Shown: piece by piece, positions 13,545 through 25,998 of the stretch
How the letters are laid out: each line of letters begins with the position of its first letter
How positions within the stretch are numbered: position 1 is the first letter of the stretch
The notes under the pieces: generated by a model
What the model was told of the DNA's origin: nothing
Databases searched by the model: none
What the model saw: only the letters and a program-made list of their open reading frames with translations
Position numbers and translations under genes: made by a program
Assembly: GCA_021613535.1 (NCBI GenBank)
Contig: CP075492.1
Location: 10,354,001-10,418,000 of the forward strand
Length of the DNA: 64,000 bases
Source: Adineta vaga
Lineage: Eukaryota; Animalia; Rotifera
Direction of reading: 5' to 3'

Positions 13545-14762
13545 TTATACAAAACATTTGTTTAAGAACATTGAATGTAACATATTTTCATGTGGTACAC
13601 GTAATTGAAATGCTAAAGTAGCAACGACTGGAATTAGAAGACCAATAGCGTTAAAAAAAGCTCCCCAGAACGAAGAAACTTTTTGTTGAACAACCAGAGT
13701 ACCGGCAAATGTACCAAAATTATTCGCTACAGCAGCAAGTAAAGCAAGATAGGCAGAATATTTTGTATATGAAGGAAATAATTGCTGACGTAGAATCATA
13801 CTATCCGGTCCACAATAGAGATAATGCCATTGAAGTAAAGTTGAAAGTGAAAATATCGCTGTAAGTGTTACTGTAAAAAGAACAGCTGCTGATGAAGGAG
13901 TAACAGTAACTTCTTGTAATTTTGGATGTGAAGTTTTCAGAGGGAATTTGAAGAATACTTCCCATAATTTATAAGGTTTATGTTTCAATCCAACTTGATG
14001 TGGTCGTTTTGGTGGTTTGAAATATTCTAAATCCAATTGAGTAGCATAATAAGGATTGGTTTTATTCGTATAAATATGTTGAATAGAATCATTCCAAGCC
14101 AAAATACATGTAAGGAAACTATAGATTGCACAGAGATATCCGAAAGGAGCAAACCATGGATGTGCACCGAAATACCAACTTAATGACCAGCCAACAAAAG
14201 ACAGACCTAGTGTAACACCGACACCAAATGCTCGAATAGTTGGAATATCAAAACTTGGAATTCGTTGAGGAATAAGAAGAGCACCAAAGATACAATTGAA
14301 TACAATACATAAAACTGCCAAACCGTAAAGATAACTTGGAGGATGTTGATCTGTCCATGAATTGTAAACGATTAAAGTCATTGGCAAGAGAAGAGAAAGA
14401 ATACCAGATAAACGATGAATAATTGATATAATTGCTTTCCAACTGCCAATACGAGTGAGAGGAAGTGCCCATGTCAATATAATTAAATAAGGTACTAGAG
14501 TGAGAAAGAAGAATGTTTTCCAAGAAGCAATGGCTGAGAATAGAACAGCACATAGCAAACATAAAATACTGAGACCAATCAACCAAACATTGAATGCACC
14601 TATTGTATGATATGACTTGTGAAAAATACGTGTCAAAGACGATAGCGTTTGTACTTCATTATTCGTTATCATCTTCGTATCAATATATTTTTTGATAAAT
14701 CGAATAGAAGTCAAGTCTCGCAGTAATATTGGCAACGTAAAATCCACATTATTTTCATTCAT
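13545..14762 (-). CDS. Intronless multipass membrane protein of unknown function (405 aa, about 9-10 hydrophobic segments)
   Basis: Long uninterrupted ORF with repeated hydrophobic stretches. No family recognised. Confidence 0.75.
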   Translation of the reverse strand: MNENNVDFTLPILLRDLTSIRFIKKYIDTKMITNNEVQTLSSLTRIFHKSYHTIGAFNVWLIGLSILCLLCAVLFSAIASWKTFFFLTLVPYLIILTWALPLTRIGSWKAIISIIHRLSGILSLLLPMTLIVYNSWTDQHPPSYLYGLAVLCIVFNCIFGALLIPQRIPSFDIPTIRAFGVGVTLGLSFVGWSLSWYFGAHPWFAPFGYLCAIYSFLTCILAWNDSIQHIYTNKTNPYYATQLDLEYFKPPKRPHQVGLKHKPYKLWEVFFKFPLKTSHPKLQEVTVTPSSAAVLFTVTLTAIFSLSTLLQWHYLYCGPDSMILRQQLFPSYTKYSAYLALLAAVANNFGTFAGTLVVQQKVSSFWGAFFNAIGLLIPVVATLAFQLRVPHENMLHSMFLNKCFV

Positions 14763-15826
14763 TGTATATAATTGATAATATCGAAATATAAGACAATAGA
14801 GAACTTAGCTTACTATTTATATGAGAAAGATTTTATCAATCGACGAAGGAAGTAAGAATGATGTCATGAATAAAGTATAAACCAAAGAAATGTCTTTACT
14901 ACATATTTATGTTTCATCATGAATGAAATTACAGAGAAATATTATATTTTTATTATAATGAGTCATGTTTTGTTCCGTTGTGAATCAGAATCGAACAGAC
15001 ACATTCTTGCCAACAACTATTTTCTGATTCATACTAGAGTTTCCAAGATTAATAAATGTTATATTTAGACTAAAGGTGAAGAAGATATTGATATACGATA
15101 CAAAAAATTGATAACTGCATCATCTTAAAAATGACAGAGCGCTTTGTTAGTCAGATAAGATTCATTCTGCATCCTGAATAAACAAAACAAAGTCATAAAA
15201 ACAGAATTCTGTATACAAACAAGTAATGTTCATTGAAAGTCGATTCATTCGGCCCTAGATTGTCATGATCTACATGTGAGTTTCACCATAGAAGTGGTCA
15301 CTTTGTACTGTATTACCGGCAAATTCTATATATTGCATTGAATTTTTGTTGCTAGACCGTGCATATTCTTTCAGTCTACGGAACATGTACATCTTGATCT
15401 ATTCTAATTTTGATGATGGATTTCATTGACAAAACTAAAATGGCTTCGTTTATCACAATACATATGTATCGCTGTAAAGACGGACATGATTTTCGATAAG
15501 ATCAATTTGTAGAATATGGAAACATCTAATTACTTGCTTATTGTTTGAGACCAAGCGACATCTAGTAATATTTTCAAATGGTTATTGATGTTTAACCTAT
15601 CTACACGTGTATGTCACCGACTGATTTTTTAATATTTACCTAATTTTGAACAAATAAATTCAAGAAAATTGAGATTCTTTTCATCATCTACTATTCTACA
15701 TGCTCTATCACATCGATCAATAAGTAGTACAATCAAGTTAAGTTCATTTTTTAGAGAATACTATTGGCGCAATTAGTTTTTTTCCCTAAAATTTCTTCGA
15801 TATTATAATGAATTACTATAGGTAAG

Positions 15827-16825
15827 ATGTGTGAACGATCACGATTGTTTCTTCTCGAAGCTAAATCGATCTTGTCTGAACTTCTCAATCGTACTCTTGA
15901 ATTGTTCGATCTATGTCTTCGAGTACTTGAACATTATCGTCTTACTGAATTTCTCATTGAACGTGAACAACAGCGAGATTATCGATATTTCTCTCTTCAG
16001 AAACCATGTCGATTGAATTATAATATTATGTCAGATTTAAATACTTATCTTCAACGTTTATATACAACATGTCGTTTAACGAAAAGTAATTTACGTTCAT
16101 TACATGCTGCTCGAATCACATCAACGGATGGTTATATTGTGATTGATGATGAAATCTATGAACTGGTAAAATTGTTTAAATCAAAACTAAACAATATTCA
16201 ATCTGAAAAACTCGAACAAGAAAAACCAATCAAAACCAATGAACGACGATACTATTCACAACGTCTAATCCATAGTTCTCGAACAACACAACCATTTACA
16301 TTTCATTCGAAGACTTCAAAACAGAAAAATAATTCACAAAACTCTTTTCCTCACTCATCGGAACATGAAGAATCTTATCAAATATTGCAATCATTTCAAA
16401 AAATATCTCGATTTTATCATTTTCTTCTTAAACAATTCTACGGTGTTCATAGTGTTCAAGATTCTGATGTTCTTCAGCCTATTGTCATCAGTATCATCCG
16501 ATTACTTTTGTTTATTACCAATAAATTAAAAGAAAATCTTCAGATCATTTCACCCATCAAAATTCATCACAATCGTTTTAGTGTTCAACAACATGACGAC
16601 GTTTGTCAAGAACAGAAAACATCCGATTCAAATAAACCAAAATATCATATTATTGAAATTCAAGCTGATAATATCGAATCAATCAAATCTGTACAGGATA
16701 ACACAGCTATCAATTATGCTCAAAATGATAATTTTGAAACAATTGAAGAAAAAGATGAGAAGAGTATATTAGAGTTCGATGAAGACGAATTTTATCGTTT
16801 AGCTAATCTTCAACGAGATGATTAA
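15827..16825 (+). CDS. Uncharacterised protein (332-aa ORF; upstream exons possible near 15670-15740)
   Basis: 1-kb ORF in very AT-rich DNA, directly preceded by an acceptor-like ..actatag. No family confidently recognised. Confidence 0.55.
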   Translation: MCERSRLFLLEAKSILSELLNRTLELFDLCLRVLEHYRLTEFLIEREQQRDYRYFSLQKPCRLNYNIMSDLNTYLQRLYTTCRLTKSNLRSLHAARITSTDGYIVIDDEIYELVKLFKSKLNNIQSEKLEQEKPIKTNERRYYSQRLIHSSRTTQPFTFHSKTSKQKNNSQNSFPHSSEHEESYQILQSFQKISRFYHFLLKQFYGVHSVQDSDVLQPIVISIIRLLLFITNKLKENLQIISPIKIHHNRFSVQQHDDVCQEQKTSDSNKPKYHIIEIQADNIESIKSVQDNTAINYAQNDNFETIEEKDEKSILEFDEDEFYRLANLQRDD

Positions 16826-17055
16826 ATATATTTTGATGATATTTTCGTTAGACATACCGTTTAAAAATTGATTTATATTACATTTTCCCTATAGTCTGTG
16901 ATCACGATACTTAAAAGACTAACAAAAAAGTAGTTCGTATTCTTTTTTCCAACTAATGGTTTTTCAAAGTAGTAACTTATTCAGTGATGAAACACACAAT
17001 ACGTTAGATACTATCTTTTTTCTTTAAATTTATATCTATTATTAATTTATTCTAG

Positions 17056-20000
17056 ATGTTTTTTATTGTTTTTGTAATCTTAATTAGTATTTCTTTCCAT
17101 GATTGTCAAACAACAGCTGACAATACTTCAACTCAACAGCATGATTTTCAAGCTTGTATCCTTTTTTCTCTGTTGAATAGCGGGAGTTTTTTTTCTTCTT
17201 CATATCATCATAGTTTCTATTCTTATTTGTATACAAACAAAACAAAAACAGCTATAGCATGTCAAGTCCATCAAAGCAAGTTCATTTCTTACCATTTCTT
17301 GATCAAAATTATGAGCACATTCAACGTGAATGTTTACGTACGAAGAGTTTATTTGTTGATACGAAATTTTCTCTGGATCAAACATTTCTCAATAGAGATG
17401 AAGTGAAAAAAAATGTCATTTGGCGACGACCATACGATGTAACTAGTACACCGAAATTTTTTCTTAAAACACCACATCGTCGTGATCCAGGACAAGGTGA
17501 TCTATCTGATTGTTGGTTTGTAGTTGCTATTGCTAATCTAACACTTCATAAACAAATATTCGAACGTGTTGTACCGCTAAATCAAACATTCGATAAACAA
17601 AATGGTTATACTGGAATATTTCATTTTCGTTTTTGGCAATTCGGTTTATGGTATGATGTTGTTATTGATGATTATTTGCCATTTAATAAGAAAACAATTC
17701 AGCCCTGGTGTTCATGGAATCGTCAAGAACCGAATGAATTTTGGGTTGCATTAATCGAAAAAGCATATGCAAAATTAAATGGTGGATATCGAAATCTAAT
17801 TGGTGGTGCACCTATAGAAGCATTTACTGATTTAACAGCGGGCGTTGAACAACGTTTTAAATTAAATGAAACAATTAAAGAACGTAAACAATTTTTTAAT
17901 TTTATTGTTGATAGTTTAAAACATTCTTGTCTGATGGCTTGTTCGATTAATCCTAAAGATGATGGATCAGATTTAGAAGAAATTAAACCAAATGGTCTTG
18001 TAGTTGGTCATTCTTATTCGATTACTGCAGCAAGATATTTAAAGTTTAAGAAACAATTATTGCCCATGATTCGTATACGTAATCCATGGGCAAATGAAAT
18101 TGAATGGGCTGGTGCGTGGCATGATCGAGATATGAGATGGAATCATTTAGATTCAGAAGAAAAGAAAAGGATGTCATGGCAAGATTCAGAAGATGGCGAG
18201 GTAGTACAATTCTTATCATTGACAATTTATGATCTTGTGTACTATTGCAGTTTTGGATGACATTTCAAGATTTCTTTGTTGAATTTGATATTCTCGAAAT
18301 TTGTCATCTATCACCGGATACATTTGAAGAAGAACTTCATCTTGATACAGATTCTCATTTCATCTACACTCCACCAAATACAGGCACAATGACACCATCT
18401 GTGATCAAAGATCATCGTACATCTTTACGTATGTCAATTCCAACATCTTTACTAGCTGATTATTTACCTTTTCAACGTAAAACATGGTCATGTCTATCAT
18501 TTGAAGGTGAATGGATTGAAAATCTTTCTAGTGGTGGTCGATGTATAACGACATGTGAACATGGATGTCATTTCTGGAAAAATCCACAATATGAAATCGA
18601 AACTAGTTCCGAAGATGCAACTATGAAATGTGCAATTGTTATATCACTTATGCAAAAATATAATCGTCTTAGACCAACAGATAATCCGATTGATCGTTAT
18701 GATTATATTCAAGTAAAAGAAGATTTCTTCCCTCCTTATAAACTTCCATCACTACATAATCTCAGGCTCGAATTTATAAAGTAAAGACAAGAAATTCGAT
18801 TCCATCATCGTCCACTGGTCGATCTTATGGTCGACATTTAGAAAGAAGAATGTACAAAAATGATGATCTTGAATACGTTGGATATACAGGTTCTTATATT
18901 AATCGACGTGAAGTTACATTATATCTACGAGTTACCACGGGCAAATATCTTATCATTCCAAGTATCTACGAAGTAATGATATTAAACCAAAAAAACAAAT
19001 GCACTTTCAAATTTCAACCTATTATTTTATAGCCTAATAAAAACGGTCATTTTCTCTTACGAATCTTTATTGAAACGAATTATTCTATGCAACATTCATC
19101 CATTCAACCATCTTCATTAATGAATGATCTATTAACACGTTTTACTATTGCTAATCCTGTTAGTTCATCACCAAAATCAAACCAATCAAAAATGAATCTC
19201 TTCAAATATTTCTGTCCATTTGATTGTTCATCATCGAATAGACTTGATGAACAATCACCTGAAATATATTTCGATAGACAGAAACAAAAAAGCGAAATAC
19301 ATATTTTTCAATCCAATTAATTTTCCTTAACTCCTTTTTTTCTTCTTATTTGAAATTAATAGATCAATCAATGTTCAGAACAAAACGAAAAGAACATCAT
19401 CATATTATTCAAACATTAGGACAAATGCAAACTGATGTAAAACGTTATAAAGCTGTACAAATGTTAATGGATCAAATATTCAAGGTTAAGATTCATAAGT
19501 AGAAACGATTGTAAGATCATGAATTTTCTTAGGTGTTGAATGAAAGTCGAATTGCATTAACAAGTGCTGGTTTCGTTCCATCAATTTCTCCTTTTCCGAC
19601 TGATGAAACTACTCGTGAACGTATGTTTGATTCCTCTCACTAGTTTTTTCATATAATTATTTACTATTTAGAATTATCATTACTTCTTGAGAATGTTCTT
19701 TTTCTTGGTGATCTTGCACTTTTCTTTCCTGATGTATTCCATCGGTTTTATGATAAAGATCAACAACGTCGAACAGTTACATCATGGTCATATTCTTTTG
19801 CTGCTGAAACAGAATTTTATGATGAAAAATCTTTGGAAATTCTATCATTAGTAAGAAAAAAAACAATTCGACCTTTCTTTTTTTTCCCGAATAATCGACC
19901 GTTCTCTGTATTTTCTAGATGGCTCAAGAACTCAATTTAATCGAACGATCACCTTCATTTCATAATCCATATGTTTTCAAAGAAAATCATTCAGTAAAAA

Positions 20001-20222
20001 AAAGCTCGACTAATAATAGATGAATGAATATTCATAAGAATTTTTCTTTCTCGATTAGAAAAAACCAGCTGTAGTCGTTGACGATCAATCAGAACAAATG
20101 TCGAAAAAGAAATCAAAAGAAAAAATCAAGAAAAAAAGAGGTAGGAAAACGAAGATTAGTTTTTCGATGATTCATTGATTATTTCAGGACCTGGTTTGTC
20201 CGGTAGTCGTGTTGATTTGTGA
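17056..20222 (+). CDS. CCDC134: Coiled-coil domain-containing protein 134 (ER-luminal). Exon 1 at 17056-17155, remaining exons 19363-20222
   Basis: The signal-peptide exon MFFIVFVILISISFHDCQT...DFQA-T|gtatcc joins ag|AT CAA TCA ATG in phase, giving ...DFQAYQSMFRTKRKEH. Downstream: LENVLFLGDLALFFP, MAQELNLIERSPSFHNPY and C-terminal KKKRGPGLSGSRVDL (KDEL-like). Confidence 0.88.
17259..19320 (+). CDS. Calpain (CysPc catalytic domain plus domain III, no penta-EF domain), 4 exons, nested in CCDC134 intron 1
   Basis: QGDLSDCWF (Cys), GLVVGHSYSIT (His), IRIRNPW (Asn), EFWVALIEKAYAKL; domain III FEGEW...SSGGRC...FWKNPQY and YINRREVT. Confidence 0.93.
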
Positions 20223-20759
20223 TTTCAATGATAATTGCTTTTCATATATAAGACTGTCATTTTGTTTTTTCTTTTTATATTTCCTTTTTTCTCTCTATTA
20301 TTAATAGATTGATACCATGTTTAATAGAGGGAGGAAATCTGAATAAAATCAACATTACTTTAATGGAAATCGTGCATCTACTAAGAAGAGTTCGTTCATT
20401 ATAAATGACTACTTTTCTTTTATAAATTAATAGAAAGAGATTACTTCAATGAACTAGCGAGACGTTAGTTTCCTGTGGATATGCACATAGACAGAAGCAA
20501 AAAGAATGAAGAAAATGTCGACAATCAACAACGATAACTGATTTTTTTTCTTTCTTTCTCTTTGAGAAAGGTAAGTGGAATAGAAGATCAGAATAGGGGG
20601 GAAAATGGAATAGGGAAATTTTTTTCCCTAACATTACCAATAACTCTTCAAGTGTGTGTGTGTGTGTGTCTTTCTATTCTCGGTAAAACTAACAGACATC
20701 ATGCAATAGTGAACTATTTCCATTGTGTATATTATAAAAAGTAGAGCGACAATTTTAAA

Positions 20760-21248
20760 ATGAATAAATCAAGTAAGCCTAGAATTTATAGAAAGAAAAA
20801 AAAACCACTCAAACATTATGATTTAGATATTTCAACACAACGACGGCCAAGTATGATGACTCGAAGTACCTTGTGTGGCGTTATTGAAAGTTTAGATGAA
20901 CAGTGTATGTTAGATCCAAGTGATGTTGTTGTTGTTGCTCTTTGTGATATAACACTTTGGGATTGGACTCGTCTCGACTGGCCACATATACCTCAACGTC
21001 TCGTTGTTTCCAAAGTTAAACTTGATAATTGTGATTATTTTCCTATACCATTTACAATTTATTATGAAGAAGATGAAATTGATGACAATCTTTGTTATGG
21101 TGTTCGATGTGACATCTTCGATAAAAATCAAGAATTGAAATATAGTTCCGAACGATTCATTAATGTTTTGACGGAAAAAAATCCGAGAACAAATGTACAT
21201 ATTACCATTGTACCGTGTGACATTGAATCAAGAAAAACGCATCATTAG
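20760..21248 (+). CDS. YbaY/YscW (pilotin-like lipoprotein) domain protein, intronless coding sequence
   Basis: The pattern G.I......L.P..VV.V.L.D....; FPIPF.I.Y....I.....Y.V.C.I......L.Y.S.....VLT......V.I..VP resembles the bacterial YbaY domain. A basic N-terminus stands where a lipoprotein signal would be. Confidence 0.65.
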   Translation: MNKSSKPRIYRKKKKPLKHYDLDISTQRRPSMMTRSTLCGVIESLDEQCMLDPSDVVVVALCDITLWDWTRLDWPHIPQRLVVSKVKLDNCDYFPIPFTIYYEEDEIDDNLCYGVRCDIFDKNQELKYSSERFINVLTEKNPRTNVHITIVPCDIESRKTHH

Positions 21249-21339
21249 ATGGACGAATTATGACTAGTTAAATCAAAATTAATACAAAAGAAAAGTCACA
21301 ACAGCGAAGAGAAACATAAAATAAATAAACTTGTTTGTT

Positions 21340-22567
21340 TTAAGTAAAAAGTTTTCCAGATAAACGAGATTTTTCTTCTTTATATTTGTCTTGTTCAGCT
21401 TGATGTAATTGTTGTAATTCGTTCTGAACTAATGCACGAAGATTATTGTCATCTTGAATGTTGGAAAGAAGATAGTTATAATCTTTTTTTGCTTCTTCAA
21501 CGTTCCATACACTAACATGAGCTGTTGCACGACGATAACGTGCTTTGATGTTCGAAGGATCACTATCGAGAATAGTTGTTGCATGTTCAATAGCAGAATA
21601 AAAATTGCCTAATTTAAGTTGACATTGTACAAAATTTAATAATAATGGACGACGTTGAATATCTAAGTCACGCCAGTCAACATCGTTCGGTTTTTCTCTA
21701 CATAGAACATAGAAAGAAATCAATTATTGATATTCAAAAGATGAGTATTTACTTGAGCATAAGATCTTCGAAAAATTGTAAAGCTTGTCCATATTTACTA
21801 GCAGCTTCATCGTATTGTCCAGCATTGTACAGATTATTTCCAGCTAATCGTAATTCAGGAATTTCACGTTTTTTTTCTTCATCATTCAACAGATATGTAT
21901 CCTTTTCAAATTCACCTGGCCGTAAGACTTTGAGTAATTCTAAATTAACAATTGAGTATCAATTTTATTACTGTCACAATTAATCTACATACCAAATGTG
22001 AAATCAAGTGATTGTGGATTTCGCATGATTTTATCCAGATCTTCATGACCAAGACCTTGTTCGAGAGCCATAAAACCACAACAATGATGATGTTCATGAT
22101 CATCATCCTTATGTTTATGGTCTTTCATTTGATTTTTATAATAATCTCGGATTTGTTTTGCGACAGCTGGATAAACACTTACAAGCTGAAGAATAACGAA
22201 ACAAAAGTTGTTTCATTAGTTTTTATGAAAAAAAAAGAAATTCATACATCTTTATCAACAGAAAATTTTGCAATTTCCCCAAGACGCATCGTTTTCAAAC
22301 ATGTTTCCCAACATTCAAGTTTAAATTTATGGCCCAAAGTGATTTCCATTGGTTTATTATATTTTCGAGAATCATCAATAACGGTTCCATCTTCAGTCGT
22401 TGTTAAGAAGTGAAAGAAGATCTAAGAAGAAATTGAATTCGATTCATGTCATCTATTTTTTTCCTACAAACCTTCATTTCATCACAAAAATCAATTAACG
22501 GTTCTTTCCCTGCACTTATAACTGTCTTCTTTATGGGACAATTCGCTGCATCCGCACCGTAGATCAT
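21340..22567 (-). CDS. AIP: AH receptor-interacting protein (FKBP-like plus TPR co-chaperone)
   Basis: FHFLTTTEDGTVIDDSRKYNKPMEITLGHKFKLECWETCLKTMRLGEIAKF, HHHCCG, REKPNDVDWRDLD...PLLLNFVQCQL, NIKARYRRATAHVSVWN. Confidence 0.92.
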
Positions 22568-23851
22568 TTTCTTCTTTTTTTCTTATTCAGATCTTATTTG
22601 ACAACTGTCTGTCTGTTGTCTTGTTCTCATCTCATCGTCGATCGATGTCTGTCGGTCGTGATGGATAAGATTATCTTATCCAATCAATTGGTTGTCGCAT
22701 CTAACGCCATCTGGATTATTTATTTTTCCATAGTTTGATCAATAAAATTACTAAACGAATAAGAAAATTAAATCAAATATTCCGCCAATAAATAGCACGT
22801 ACAAGACAAAAATGCAATTTCTCCTATTTATTATTGGATTATGTTAATGAGTCATCATCGTGTTCCGCATATATTATACACATATGCGATGCGAACGAAA
22901 AAATTTCAGTAGATTTTCTCTTCAGGTTTCTTTTATTTTTTGACATGCAGCCAGACGTCTTGTGTTCTGTTCTTCTCTTTTCATGATGAGTAATAAATTT
23001 ATACACTTTCTACTTCTGTTCATTAGTATTTGATATAAAAGATATGATTGATCAATAAATGATGTAGTAAGAAGGAAGTCCTTGACCCCTATTACATGAT
23101 TGAGTGTCAGATTTGCATTTGAATATAGTTGTTACACCTGAAGTATTTTATTCAGACATAATCTGAACAAATGATTAGATAATTAAGATAACAATTAGAA
23201 AATGTCAAATATTCGAGATTAATGCCCTTTTCATTTTGACAGTTCTTGTCATTTGACAATAAACAAAACAAGCAGATGGAGAGTTTCTTTACAATCATTG
23301 TCTTTAATTTAGCTCAGATAATAAAGCGATCGATAACATGAAGAAAAGGTCATTTTCGATAACACTTTTGCATGTTTCATTCGTTCACGAAGAAGAATAT
23401 AGATTAATTTTTTTCTTAACTGTTGTTTTTGTATGATTGATCTTTCTCTTGAAACCGAATCAATACATTCTTTTCTTTTCTTTTCTTTTCTTTGTTATTA
23501 TTATTTTTATACTAATTCTCCCAGCTGCTACCATTGTGACTTGCATGAAAAAAGAAAGGCGAGTAGAAAATATATTAAAAAAAGACATCAACTCTTTTCT
23601 TCTATATAAACATACAGATTCTCTTCTTTGTCAAGGAAAAACCGCAATAATACTTATATGACTCGACAAATTATATGATAAAACATTGTACAGACCACCG
23701 TCTGTGCAAGCTATTTACTAGGCTTTTCTTCAATCGATCTAGTGCTTATGACCTTTATCGGTTTTTCTCTCTTTTAGAATATCAATACAGATATCTGCAT
23801 ATATACATTTATGTATATTGTGGAGTTTCAAGTCGTTATTTTGTATATAAA

Positions 23852-25639
<1,788 letters not shown>

Positions 25640-25998
25640 CTACCAATTATTTTATTTTATTTTCTTCTCTTTCGACAGTGAAATGCTTTATTATAATCTC
25701 AATATAATTCGTTTGTTTTTCTTTTTGTTGTTCTTGTTGTTATGGTCATTGGCTGTTTTGTTTGGTTTTCTTCATGTTGTAGTCGTTTAATGATGATCTC
25801 ATTTTCATTTTGTCTTCGTGGAAAGCTGTAAGCTGTGGAATCGTATAAGCAAAAGAACAAATTTTCAAGTTTAATAATCTATAAATATATGCGTATATAT
25901 TTGAATGTATAAATCGTCATTCCGTTTTAGATTGATAGTCAAACAAAGAGTGAGAGAAAAAAAACTAATACTACCAAATTATTTGTAGACAATCGGAG

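Noticed and set aside
14800-15650. Slightly more complex intergenic sequence that might be a decayed gene
   Set aside because: The frames examined are interrupted by stops and no recognisable motif was found.
17056-17406. Signal-peptide ORF as the N-terminus of a secreted calpain fusion
   Set aside because: Neither read-through nor splicing to the nearby AGs puts it in frame with the calpain, whereas it joins CCDC134 exon 2 in phase.
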